The position numbers and the translations under genes were made by a program. Below, in pieces: positions 37,845 through 46,835 of a stretch of 64,000 nucleotides of DNA. Location: assembly GCA_046538155.1 (NCBI GenBank), contig JBKHJL010000001.1, positions 426 to 64,425 on the forward strand, in the 5' to 3' direction. The notes under the pieces were generated by a model. That model ran no database searches. It saw only the letters and a list, made by a program, of their open reading frames with translations, and was not told where the DNA came from. How positions within the stretch are numbered: position 1 is the first letter of the stretch; each line of letters opens with the position of its first letter. The DNA is from Candidatus Micrarchaeia archaeon (lineage in GTDB: Archaea; Micrarchaeota; Micrarchaeia; Anstonellales; Bilamarchaeaceae).

Positions 37845-38561
37845 TTAGCCTTTTATCAGATACATGAATGCAAGACCGATTCCAAATATCAGTATGCTCA
37901 TCATCTTCCTCCATCCCTCTGATTTGTGCATCTCAGGAATCAGGTCCGAAGCAGCGATGTAGATGAAGTTCCCGGCTGCGAATGGTACAAGCAGGGGCAC
38001 AAACCCTTCAGTAATCCCTGAAAGGAAATACCCAACAATCGCCCCCAGCACCACGGTGGACTGAGCCGCGAAGCTGTACAGAATTGCCTTGTTCCTTTCG
38101 AAGCCCCCGCTTACAAGCACACCAAATATTCCGAGCTGCTGCGGCAGTTCGTGTGCAATGATTGCAATGGTAGTGGCAATTCCCAGCGGAATGCTAACCA
38201 GGAAGCTTGCAGCAAGGATTATTCCCCCAAGAAAATTATGTATTCCGTCCCCGATAACCATCACGTAAGAGAAAGGGTGGATCTTGCATTCCTTGCAGCG
38301 GTGCCAGTGAAAATATGATTCCACAATCATGAACAGCACAAACCCTGCAAGGCAGAGCAGCATGGTGCTGCCTGCATCTATCTCCACAAGGGATTCAGGA
38401 AGAAGATGGAAGAATGCGCCCCCAAGCAGGCTTCCTGCAGCAAATGCCACAAGAATATGGATAAGTTTGTTTAGGTCTTTTTTGCTGAACCACAGGGAGA
38501 ATACTCCTACAAAGCCAAGCAATGCATCGATTACTGCGGTTCCAAGTATCCACCAAAACAT
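37845..38561 (-). CDS. ZIP family metal transporter
   Basis: HLLPES, GDGIHNF, AHELPQ, YIAASDLIPE. Confidence 0.92.
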   Translation of the reverse strand: MFWWILGTAVIDALLGFVGVFSLWFSKKDLNKLIHILVAFAAGSLLGGAFFHLLPESLVEIDAGSTMLLCLAGFVLFMIVESYFHWHRCKECKIHPFSYVMVIGDGIHNFLGGIILAASFLVSIPLGIATTIAIIAHELPQQLGIFGVLVSGGFERNKAILYSFAAQSTVVLGAIVGYFLSGITEGFVPLLVPFAAGNFIYIAASDLIPEMHKSEGWRKMMSILIFGIGLAFMYLIKG

Positions 38562-38582
38562 GGTCTATTCTCTGCAGAAGAA

Positions 38583-38615
38583 TGTTATTAAATCTTTCCA
38601 ATTAAGTTATTAACA
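38583..38615. promoter_or_regulatory. Candidate operator TGTTATTAA-N15-TTATTAACA
   Basis: Inverted repeat (8/9) between the ZIP gene and the divergent NikR-like regulator; region is AT-rich. Confidence 0.45.
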
Positions 38616-38648
38616 ATTGCAGCAAAAAACTTTCAAAATTATTAACCG

Positions 38649-39038
38649 GTGCCCAAAATGGAAATAATAAGCGTCTCTATGGACAGCGGAATGCTCAGGG
38701 AGCTGGACAGCATCCAGAAAAAGCTGGGGTTCAGGAGTCGCTCCAAGCTCCTGAGGGCCACATTGGATTCCCTCCTGAATGAATACAATGCATTGGACTC
38801 AAGAAAGGGGCATTGCGATGCAGTATTTACGGTTGCTCATTCCTCCAATGGAGCAGATTCATTGAGCAGCCTGCTTAATGAATTCGAGGATGCAATCGTT
38901 ACTGAAATCCACCAGCACCACAAAAACGTGTGCCTGAGGGTCCTGATAACATGTGCAGATGCTTCCAGAGTGAAGGAGCTGTTTTCCCACCTGAAAAGAA
39001 GCAAGGGGGTAAAGTCCGTGCAGGTGTCTTTATTATAG
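38649..39038 (+). CDS. NikR/CopG-family ribbon-helix-helix metalloregulator
   Basis: IISVSM, SRSKLLR, HQH....CL in an ACT-like C-terminal domain. Confidence 0.85.
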   Translation: MPKMEIISVSMDSGMLRELDSIQKKLGFRSRSKLLRATLDSLLNEYNALDSRKGHCDAVFTVAHSSNGADSLSSLLNEFEDAIVTEIHQHHKNVCLRVLITCADASRVKELFSHLKRSKGVKSVQVSLL

Positions 39039-39072
39039 AAATATTTATATTTTCTGAGGGATAGCCTTTTCC

Positions 39073-40248
39073 ATGGCGGAACTTTTATCATTCCTGATAG
39101 TCATCTCCGCAGGGCTGTTTCTTTCAGAGTTCCTCAAAAAGTTCCATATGCCATATGTGGTTGCATTAATCCTTGCAGGCATAATAATCGGACCGTTTGC
39201 CCTGGACCTGATTATAATAGATGAAACGATTGATTTCCTTGGTTCAATAGGCCTTGTTTTCCTGATGTTCATGGCAGGGCTTAAAATAAAGCTCTCCAGC
39301 TTCAGGAAGATAGTCGGCAGTGCAGCCAAGTTTTCCCTTCTAAACGGAATTTTCCCTATGGCCATAGGTTTTCTGGTCGCATCCTATCTGGGATATGGCC
39401 TGGTCGGCTCGTTCATGCTGGGAATAATATTTGTTTCTTCTTCCATTGCGATAGTGCTCCCGGTGCTGGAATCCCAGGGCCTACTCCAGTTAAAGCTGGG
39501 CCGGCTGATAGTTTCAGGCACGATTCTTGAGGATGTTTTCAGCCTCCTTATGCTTTCGTTCTTCCTACAGCTGGTGAATCCCACAACCGAGATACCTCTC
39601 TATCTTTTCTACATAATAGTCGGAATATCCCTCTATGCGCTGAGGAAGCTCCTGCCCAAAGCAAGGGAGGCATTCAGGAAATTCCACGGGGAAGAAAAAA
39701 CCCTTTTTGAAGAGGAAGTGCGTTTTGTTTTTGTTGCCCTTATTGCAACAGTGGTGTTTTTTGACCTCCTGGGAATGCACCCGGTAATTGCAGGATTCTT
39801 TGCCGGACTTGTGCTCTCAGAATCTATCCAGAGCCAGATACTTAAAAGGAAGTTGCACGCAATCAGCTACGGGCTGTTCATCCCGGTTTTCTTTATAATA
39901 ATCGGTGCGGAGATGGATGTGGGCGTTCTCTTTAATGGGGGGGAAGGCCTCTCCATTATCCTCATAATAGTAGCAGCAGCCGTGTTGTCCAAGTTTCTAG
40001 GAGGATTCCTTGCAGGAAAAGTAAATGGCTTCAATTCAAAAGAAAGCATAATCTCAGGAGTTGCAACAATTCCCCAATTAAGCACTACTCTTGCCGTTGC
40101 ATTTGTGGGGCTTGAAATGGGGCTGATAGATGACATGCTTATTACTGCAATGATCGTCCTCAGCATAGCCACAACATTTTGCGGGCCAATTCTTGTGAAA
40201 TTGCTCTTAGGACCGATGACCGGCAGGGAAATTCCGGAATCCCAGTAG
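39073..40248 (+). CDS. Cation:proton antiporter (CPA2)
   Basis: Multi-TM protein, FLMFMAGL, ILEDV, FIPVFF. Confidence 0.88.
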   Translation: MAELLSFLIVISAGLFLSEFLKKFHMPYVVALILAGIIIGPFALDLIIIDETIDFLGSIGLVFLMFMAGLKIKLSSFRKIVGSAAKFSLLNGIFPMAIGFLVASYLGYGLVGSFMLGIIFVSSSIAIVLPVLESQGLLQLKLGRLIVSGTILEDVFSLLMLSFFLQLVNPTTEIPLYLFYIIVGISLYALRKLLPKAREAFRKFHGEEKTLFEEEVRFVFVALIATVVFFDLLGMHPVIAGFFAGLVLSESIQSQILKRKLHAISYGLFIPVFFIIIGAEMDVGVLFNGGEGLSIILIIVAAAVLSKFLGGFLAGKVNGFNSKESIISGVATIPQLSTTLAVAFVGLEMGLIDDMLITAMIVLSIATTFCGPILVKLLLGPMTGREIPESQ

Positions 40249-40278
40249 CCTTTTATTTATTGTCTTCATTTTTCCAGC

Positions 40279-41574
40279 ATGGCAAAAATAGATTGGTACA
40301 ACCAGTTTGTGGATTTAAAGTACAAGCCAGCAAAAGATGACCTGATAGTTCTTTTTTATTTCGAGCCTCCTTCAGGAATGAGCAAGAAGGAATCTGCCGG
40401 AAGGATAGCATCTGAAAGCTCTACCGGGACCTGGACTACACTGACCAGGCTCCCTCCCAGGATGAAAAAGCTCAAGGCAAAGGCTTTCCATATGGATGGA
40501 AATTACCTGAAGGTTGCATATCCGAGCGGACTCTGGGAAAAAGGAAATATGGCTCAGCTCCTTTCGGGGATTGCAGGAAACATATTTGGCATGAAGGGAG
40601 TGAAGAATCTCAGACTTATAGATGCAACACTCCCACGCAGCTACTTGAAGGGATTCAGGGGCCCCCAATATGGAATGGGCGGAATCCGCAAAATGATGGG
40701 AGTAAAGAAGCGTCCACTCACAGGTGCAGTAGTGAAGCCCAAGATAGGGTTCAGCGCAAAAGAGCATGCGGATATTGGATATCAGACCTGGATGGGCGGA
40801 TTCGATTTTGTAAAGGACGATGAAAACCTCACTTCCCAGAAATTCAACCGGTTTGAAGAGCGCCTGAAAATCATGACAAGGCTGAGGGACAAGGCAGAAA
40901 AGAGCACAGGAGAAAAAAAATCCGCATTCTTCAACATCACGGCAGAGACAGAAGAGATGAAGAGGCGTGCTAAGCTAGTTGCGGATGCAGGCTGGAATTA
41001 TGTAATGATTGATGTGGTGGTTACAGGAAACTCCGCAGTCCAGACCATGACGGATTACTGCAGGGACCTGGGCCTCGCAATCCATGCCCACCGCGCAATG
41101 CATGCGTCCTTTGACCGCAATCCAAAGCATGGAATGACCATGCAGTTCCTTGCAAAGATAATGAGGGTTCTTGGGGTAAATAATATCCATACAGGGACCG
41201 CAGTCGGGAAGCTAGTGGGTACAAAGCCTGAAGTTAAGGCAATCGCAGATGTGCTCAGGGAAAAGAAAACAAAAGCCAAGAAGCACCTGATTCTTGACCA
41301 GGATTGGGGAAGCATGAAAACAGTGTTCCCCGCATCTTCCGGGGGTCTCCACCCTGGTCTTGTGCCAGATGTAATGAAGATTTATGGGAATGAGCTGGTG
41401 CTCCTTATTTCAGGGGGAATCCATGGGCATCCGGATGGGACCAGGGCAGGAGCAGCAGCCACAATGCAGGCAGTAGAAGCAGTAATGGAGGGGGTATCCC
41501 CCGAGCAAAAAGCAAAAAAGAATAAGGAGTTGGCCGGGGCCCTGAAAAAATGGGGGCATCACAAGCCCAAGTAG
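40279..41574 (+). CDS. rbcL: RuBisCO large subunit, archaeal form III type
   Basis: ASESSTGTWT, KPKIG, DFVKDDEN, HAHRAMH, SGGLHPG, GGIHGHP. Confidence 0.93.
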   Translation: MAKIDWYNQFVDLKYKPAKDDLIVLFYFEPPSGMSKKESAGRIASESSTGTWTTLTRLPPRMKKLKAKAFHMDGNYLKVAYPSGLWEKGNMAQLLSGIAGNIFGMKGVKNLRLIDATLPRSYLKGFRGPQYGMGGIRKMMGVKKRPLTGAVVKPKIGFSAKEHADIGYQTWMGGFDFVKDDENLTSQKFNRFEERLKIMTRLRDKAEKSTGEKKSAFFNITAETEEMKRRAKLVADAGWNYVMIDVVVTGNSAVQTMTDYCRDLGLAIHAHRAMHASFDRNPKHGMTMQFLAKIMRVLGVNNIHTGTAVGKLVGTKPEVKAIADVLREKKTKAKKHLILDQDWGSMKTVFPASSGGLHPGLVPDVMKIYGNELVLLISGGIHGHPDGTRAGAAATMQAVEAVMEGVSPEQKAKKNKELAGALKKWGHHKPK

Positions 41575-41580
41575 CCGATC

Positions 41581-41955
41581 CTATTTACTTTTCCAGAGCC
41601 CGTGCACGTTGCAGTATTCCCTTGCAGTTACTTCCCCCTTCACCGGGAATTCTGCTTCAGGTGCTTCATCCGGCTTAAGGAATTTTCTGTAAGAACGATC
41701 ATCGGAAATTACCTGAATCCATTCTATGTAGTGCTTTTCTTCCATCGGGTGGGGTTCGGAGCCTACTTTTACCTTTATTCCATTTTCTGTCTTCTCAATC
41801 ACAGGAACGTGCTTTTCATCTCCCTCTTCTTCAACCTTTTCTGCCTTGAGCTCCATGGGCTGCCCGCAGCAGACCAGTTCTCCCGCCCCTGCGTGGAGCA
41901 CTTCCACAATATTTCCACAAACATTGCATTTGTATATCTCTTTTTTCTTGGTCAT
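41581..41955 (-). CDS. dfx: Desulfoferrodoxin (2Fe superoxide reductase)
   Basis: CNVCGN..CCG, EKHVP, HPM...HYIEW, CNVHG. Confidence 0.95.
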   Translation of the reverse strand: MTKKKEIYKCNVCGNIVEVLHAGAGELVCCGQPMELKAEKVEEEGDEKHVPVIEKTENGIKVKVGSEPHPMEEKHYIEWIQVISDDRSYRKFLKPDEAPEAEFPVKGEVTAREYCNVHGLWKSK

Positions 41956-42031
41956 TTTTCTCCACCCTTCATAAAACGATCGGCATAACCGGCATTAAAA
42001 ATTGAAAAAATAAGAAAAAGGCAAAAAAAAT

Positions 42032-42502
42032 TCAACCCTCTATCCACTCAACAAGGGCTTCAAATCTTTCTTCATGGTCGATTTCTTCCTCCATAATATG
42101 GAGCGCAAGGTTGTAAGTTACCACATCGCAATCCTTTGTCATCATTGCAATCTTGTGGTAAATTTTTATTGCGCAGTTTTCCCCTTTGAGTGCCCCCTTG
42201 AGCGATTCAATGGTTTCTTCGCTCGGAGCTTCATATCCGCAGTTAGTAATTTCATAAAGCTGTTTTTGGTCCACCACGGGTTTCCCCCCAAGCTGGAGGA
42301 TGCGCTCAGTAACCTCTTCAGCATGCTCAAGCTCCTCTTTTGCAACATCCTCAAGTTCTTTTGCAGCATTTGGATGCTTTACTATGGAAGCTGCCATTAG
42401 GTATTGAACATAAGCAAGCCATTCATCTGCCAGAGCCTTGTTGAGCTCTGCGATTACTTCCTCTGCTTTCTCACCTACTAATTCTTTTGCTGTTTTTCCC
42501 AA
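42032..42502 (-). CDS. Ferritin-like/DPS-like protein
   Basis: ALADEWLAY, EELEHA, ERILQLGG, EEIDHE; TTG start after AGGTGG assumed. Confidence 0.88.
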   Translation of the reverse strand: MGKTAKELVGEKAEEVIAELNKALADEWLAYVQYLMAASIVKHPNAAKELEDVAKEELEHAEEVTERILQLGGKPVVDQKQLYEITNCGYEAPSEETIESLKGALKGENCAIKIYHKIAMMTKDCDVVTYNLALHIMEEEIDHEERFEALVEWIEG

Positions 42503-42610
42503 TTGTACCACCTTACATATAATATAAACTAGCTTAGATCTATTGAATTGAACCATTTAAAGGCTATTGGTTTAGTTCCAAACTTTTCCTATTGCATCAT
42601 ACGTGTGTTT

Positions 42611-43519
42611 TCAATCTACACACTCGCCATCTTCGCACGTTTCCCCGGAATCACATTCAAGTATGCCGAAACCGGCCATGCCCTCATCTGTACACCACAC
42701 TTCCAGAACAGAATAATCATCATAACATTTGTCTGTTTCTGTGTACTCCTCCCCACCTGACCAGTAAGTCACAGTCCCCTTTTTCCAGGTTTTCTTTCCC
42801 CCGTCCGTGTCTTCGCATTTGTGCTCTTCTTCTTCAGCACATACTCCGTCAACGCAGTACTCCCCTTCAGGACAGGAAATCTGCTCTGCTTTTTTTGCCC
42901 CGTTTTCACAGTAATATTCGTAAACAACATATGTGCCAAGGCAGTAATCCTCATAGCTATGCTCCCCCGCAACAACGGTGCCCCCTTCATGGAGGTCTTT
43001 TCCCCCATCAGAATCTGTGCAGCTCGGAACTTCAATGCACCTCCCGTTTTCACACACTTCTCCTGCAGAACAGGCAACATCTTCTTCAGCAACACCCTCC
43101 CCGCAGTAATACTCATGCACACTCCCCTCATCTGTGCAATAGTCGGAGTATTGCTCCCCGTCATACTGCACGGTACCCTTTGTCCCGGGCATATTTCCTC
43201 CATCTGTATCAAAGCAATTGAGTTCAACACATGCTCCCCCCTGGCACCCATATCCCGCCGGACAGGCGATTGTTTCGCTTTCAATCGCTCCCAGAGAGCA
43301 GTAATGTTCCAATACTTTTCCATCTTCAGTGCAGCTGTCGCTCTTGGATTCTGAGCCCAGTGAGGCAGTACCATAAGTAAATTCGTCCTTTCCCCCATCA
43401 GAATCTGTACATTCTTCCAGAGTAGGCGGCTCAAGCACCCCGGGCGAGCCCTTCTTTTCCTGCGGGCACCCCGAAATCAGGAGTCCCAAAACCATAAAAT
43501 ATATGATAATTTTCTCCAT
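42611..43519 (-). CDS. Cys-rich lipoprotein made of four CxD(S/T)DGG repeats
   Basis: LISGC lipobox; same repeat type as 19861-21510. Confidence 0.85.
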   Translation of the reverse strand: MEKIIIYFMVLGLLISGCPQEKKGSPGVLEPPTLEECTDSDGGKDEFTYGTASLGSESKSDSCTEDGKVLEHYCSLGAIESETIACPAGYGCQGGACVELNCFDTDGGNMPGTKGTVQYDGEQYSDYCTDEGSVHEYYCGEGVAEEDVACSAGEVCENGRCIEVPSCTDSDGGKDLHEGGTVVAGEHSYEDYCLGTYVVYEYYCENGAKKAEQISCPEGEYCVDGVCAEEEEHKCEDTDGGKKTWKKGTVTYWSGGEEYTETDKCYDDYSVLEVWCTDEGMAGFGILECDSGETCEDGECVD

Positions 43520-43597
43520 ATCTTCATTTTGCCCGAAAAGACATTAAAACTCCCCCTCCCCCTCCATTTTTATATTCTTTGTTTATTGATATTGTCC

Positions 43598-43888
43598 ATG
43601 GAAGATGTTAGAGTAAGAAAGATTGTCCTGGATGTGCTGAAGCCCATGGAACCCTCCATACTTGAGGTTGCCCGCAATATAACTGCACTGGGGGGTGTTG
43701 ACGGCGTTTGTGTAGATCTTCTTGAAATAGATAAAAAAGTGGAAAATGTAAAAATAGCAGTCAGGGGCAAGAACCTGAGTTATTATGAGATTAACCAAGT
43801 CATAGAAAGCACCGGGGCAACAATCCATTCTATAGACCATGTATACACGGTCAGAGAGGGAACCCCCAGATATGAGGGGTTTGATTAA
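43598..43888 (+). CDS. DUF211 family protein
   Basis: RKIVLDVLKP, GATIHSID. Confidence 0.85.
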   Translation: MEDVRVRKIVLDVLKPMEPSILEVARNITALGGVDGVCVDLLEIDKKVENVKIAVRGKNLSYYEINQVIESTGATIHSIDHVYTVREGTPRYEGFD

Positions 43889-43901
43889 ACCAGTGAGCTG
43901 A

Positions 43902-44513
43902 ATGTCTGAAGAGTTTAGGGAGAAAATCAGCAGTTATGAGCACATAACAGATATGTCCAAGCTGGCCCGCAGATATTTTGTAATGAATACATTTGACGGG
44001 ACCCTTACTATTTTCGGAGTCCTGCTCGGCTCTTTTCTTGCAGGCATAACGACCCCAGGCATAATAATCACTCTCGGGCTTGGTGCAGGAGCCGCTATTT
44101 TTATTTCCGGAGTCTGGGGCACATACCTTTCAGAAAGCGCAGAGCGCACAAAGGCCCGCCACGACCTTGAGCAGAAGATGCTGAAGAGCCTTGAAAAAAC
44201 AAAAATATCAGAAGCTGATAAATTTGCAACTTATTATGTTTCCCTGATAAATGGCTTCTCCCCCCTTCTCGCGATACTGGTAATACTTATGCCATTTTTT
44301 TCCTCTTCCGCAGGTTTTCTTGAGATGGAAATTGCATATTATTTCTCTTTCTTGATCTGGCTGCTGATTTTTGTATTCCTGGGAGTTTTCCTGGGAAAGC
44401 TGTCCAGAGAGAACATCGCAATTTCTGCCATGAAAACATTCATGGTTGGGGTAGTATGCGCAATAACCATTTACCTGATAAGCACGATAACTGGCTCCGC
44501 CCCCGGGACATGA
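43902..44513 (+). CDS. VIT1/CCC1-like membrane protein
   Basis: ARRYFVMNTFDG, YLSESAER; adjacent to DUF211. Confidence 0.8.
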   Translation: MSEEFREKISSYEHITDMSKLARRYFVMNTFDGTLTIFGVLLGSFLAGITTPGIIITLGLGAGAAIFISGVWGTYLSESAERTKARHDLEQKMLKSLEKTKISEADKFATYYVSLINGFSPLLAILVILMPFFSSSAGFLEMEIAYYFSFLIWLLIFVFLGVFLGKLSRENIAISAMKTFMVGVVCAITIYLISTITGSAPGT

Positions 44514-44553
44514 GCCCAGCATATTTTTATTCCTTGGTGGAGTATCCTGACTC

Positions 44554-45264
44554 ATGTACAAAACAATATTTGCAATGCTTCTGTTGTTCGGGAGTATTTT
44601 TGCAGGAACAACAGTAGGAGTTGGAGAAACGGTAACTATAGGCGGAACAACTACTACGACTACTACGGACACAACCACCGAATCAGAATCCACAGAAACA
44701 GAGAATGAGGATACGTCAGGTGGAGTGGTAATGACAAATGAGGAAGGGGATTCCATTGTTGTTGGGGGTGAAAACGGGACTGTTGAAGAAGTTTCCCAGG
44801 GTGAAGTTGTTGAAGTAGGCCAGCAGGGAAATGAAAAACAGGAGATGGGGCAGCAACTTTTCCAGGTAAAGAAACAGGAACAGACGACTATACTTAGTTC
44901 TAATGGGGTTTCAGCGACCTGCAATGAAACCCTGAAAATCCAGAACCAGAATGTGTATCTGGAGCACAACGGAAACCAGCACCAAATCAAGGTCATGCCT
45001 TCCCAGATAATAGATGAAGAAGTGGAGAATGCCCAATTTCAGGACATGGTTCTGGAAATGCATTCCGAAGGACCGGCATACCGGTTTAAAGTACGGGAGC
45101 AGAGAAAGTTCTTCTGGATTTTCCCGGTTGATTCGCAGACCGAGTATATCATGAGTGCACAGACAGGAGAGTTAATTGAGGAAGCAGGCCCGTGGTGGGG
45201 ATTTCTTGCACCCCCAACCCACAGTATAAACGAGAGGTTGCAGTCAGCAAAGGGCACCGGCTAA
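44554..45264 (+). CDS. Secreted hypothetical protein
   Basis: Signal peptide, Thr/Glu-rich linker, KFFWIFPV...PWWGFLA C-terminus. Confidence 0.75.
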   Translation: MYKTIFAMLLLFGSIFAGTTVGVGETVTIGGTTTTTTTDTTTESESTETENEDTSGGVVMTNEEGDSIVVGGENGTVEEVSQGEVVEVGQQGNEKQEMGQQLFQVKKQEQTTILSSNGVSATCNETLKIQNQNVYLEHNGNQHQIKVMPSQIIDEEVENAQFQDMVLEMHSEGPAYRFKVREQRKFFWIFPVDSQTEYIMSAQTGELIEEAGPWWGFLAPPTHSINERLQSAKGTG

Positions 45265-45725
45265 ACTATTTCTATTTTTTTCAGCATTTTTTTTGCAAAG
45301 TCCCGGGCTTCTGAGAGGTCTTCCTCGTTGGGCCTTCCCCGGTTTTTTAGGGAGAATTCCTGGCCCGGACAGTCCCATTTCCCGAGAACCCCTATCCCTT
45401 TCTTTTCAAGCAGCTCCTCCATTTTTTCAAGGTATTTTTTTCCGCTCCCCCCTGATGTCCCGAATATTGCAGCGTGCCTGTCTTCTGCGGGCTCAATCCC
45501 TTCAATGAATTCAACCATCGCCTTGCCGGGCCCGGAGAGGTAATTCCCACTGCCCACAAAAAGGAGGTCGCATTTTTTCATATTATATCCGCTTCCTACG
45601 GCTTCTGCTTCAAGCGCTTCGGTATTCATCTCATCTGCTATCGCTTCCGCAACCTTCCTTGTGTTTCCGCTTTTTGAAAAATAGAAAACCCTTACCCTGG
45701 TTTTTTGAAGCTGCCCTCCAACCAT
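45261..45725 (-). CDS. Flavodoxin family protein
   Basis: YFSKSGNTRKVAEAIA, FVGSG, FGTSGG; start uncertain. Confidence 0.88.
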   Translation of the reverse strand: MVGGQLQKTRVRVFYFSKSGNTRKVAEAIADEMNTEALEAEAVGSGYNMKKCDLLFVGSGNYLSGPGKAMVEFIEGIEPAEDRHAAIFGTSGGSGKKYLEKMEELLEKKGIGVLGKWDCPGQEFSLKNRGRPNEEDLSEARDFAKKMLKKIEIV

Positions 45726-45729
45726 CAGA

Positions 45730-46737
45730 TCAATCCTCTTCATCCATATTTATATAGAATTCTTTTAGAACAGTAGGAGTGTATTTGTGGAGATATTCTG
45801 CATGGTAATCCCCGGTGCCCCCGGTCACCTTGAACCAGATAAATCCTGTTTCTGTTTTCCCTGCACCTATCTTATCCCACTGGAAGAGGTCCGCAACAAC
45901 GCACCCCTCAGGCCTGTTTATCCCTGTTCTCCTCTCATCGCAGAATACCTTTAAGTTATAAGGGGTTATTTCAAGGTCTTCCGCACCCCTGTTCTCCACT
46001 GTTAGCCGGACCCGCATATAGAGTCCGTCATCGCAGTTTTTCTCGTCCGCGTCCTCTAACACCATGGTGAGGTTCTCTTCAACGGGGATTTCGTCGTTTA
46101 TTGAGTATTCCACTGAAGTGGGGTCAAAGCACTCCCTGTCTCTGAGCAGTTCCCATGGATGGCATCCGCAAAGTGGGGGGTTCATCACCAGTTCGTAGTC
46201 CTTGTTGCAGTAAAGAGGGGGATTCTCTCCAGAACATTCCCCTTTCAGGGTGCCGTCTTCGCAGGCGTTCCTGCAGGTTGTATTATACGCATCATATCCT
46301 TCCGGGCACCCGCAAAGGTCTGCGCGCTCCTCAAGCGCAGCATTTGAGTTGCAGTAATATGGCTTTTCTTCTGAACATTCCCCTATTTTTGTCCCGTCTT
46401 CACATTCAAAAATGCACGTTTTCCCCCGTTTCACAGAATTATCAGGACATCCGCAGATGTCCGCACTATCCACCAGGTTCCTGTACTTGTCGCATATTTT
46501 TGGCTGGTTTTCCGAGCATTCCCCTACCGGAGTCCCATCACTGCAATGGGTTACCTCTGGTTCTTCCCCTGTCTGGTTTTCCCCGGGAATCTCTTCTTCT
46601 GCCCCATCACTTTCCCCTATCTCCCCTTCCTCCGGGAGTTCCTCTTCCGAGACTCCGGTTTCCCCGTTTTCTTCTGAAGGGCACCCGAAACCCAGGAACA
46701 GGATTCCCGCAATAAAAAGCAAAAGCATCATTTTCAT
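45730..46737 (-). CDS. Lipoprotein with three CxDGT..GECS repeats and an Ig-like C-terminal domain
   Basis: LGFGC lipobox, three C.DGT..GECS...P..C...CGC repeats. Confidence 0.8.
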   Translation of the reverse strand: MKMMLLLFIAGILFLGFGCPSEENGETGVSEEELPEEGEIGESDGAEEEIPGENQTGEEPEVTHCSDGTPVGECSENQPKICDKYRNLVDSADICGCPDNSVKRGKTCIFECEDGTKIGECSEEKPYYCNSNAALEERADLCGCPEGYDAYNTTCRNACEDGTLKGECSGENPPLYCNKDYELVMNPPLCGCHPWELLRDRECFDPTSVEYSINDEIPVEENLTMVLEDADEKNCDDGLYMRVRLTVENRGAEDLEITPYNLKVFCDERRTGINRPEGCVVADLFQWDKIGAGKTETGFIWFKVTGGTGDYHAEYLHKYTPTVLKEFYINMDEED

Positions 46738-46835
46738 GTTTTACACATTAATGCGGTCTTTTTTTATGCGCTTCGCAACCCACCGGAAACCACCCCTGGC
46801 TTCCTTTTTATGTTTTTTTCTATAACATTATCCTG

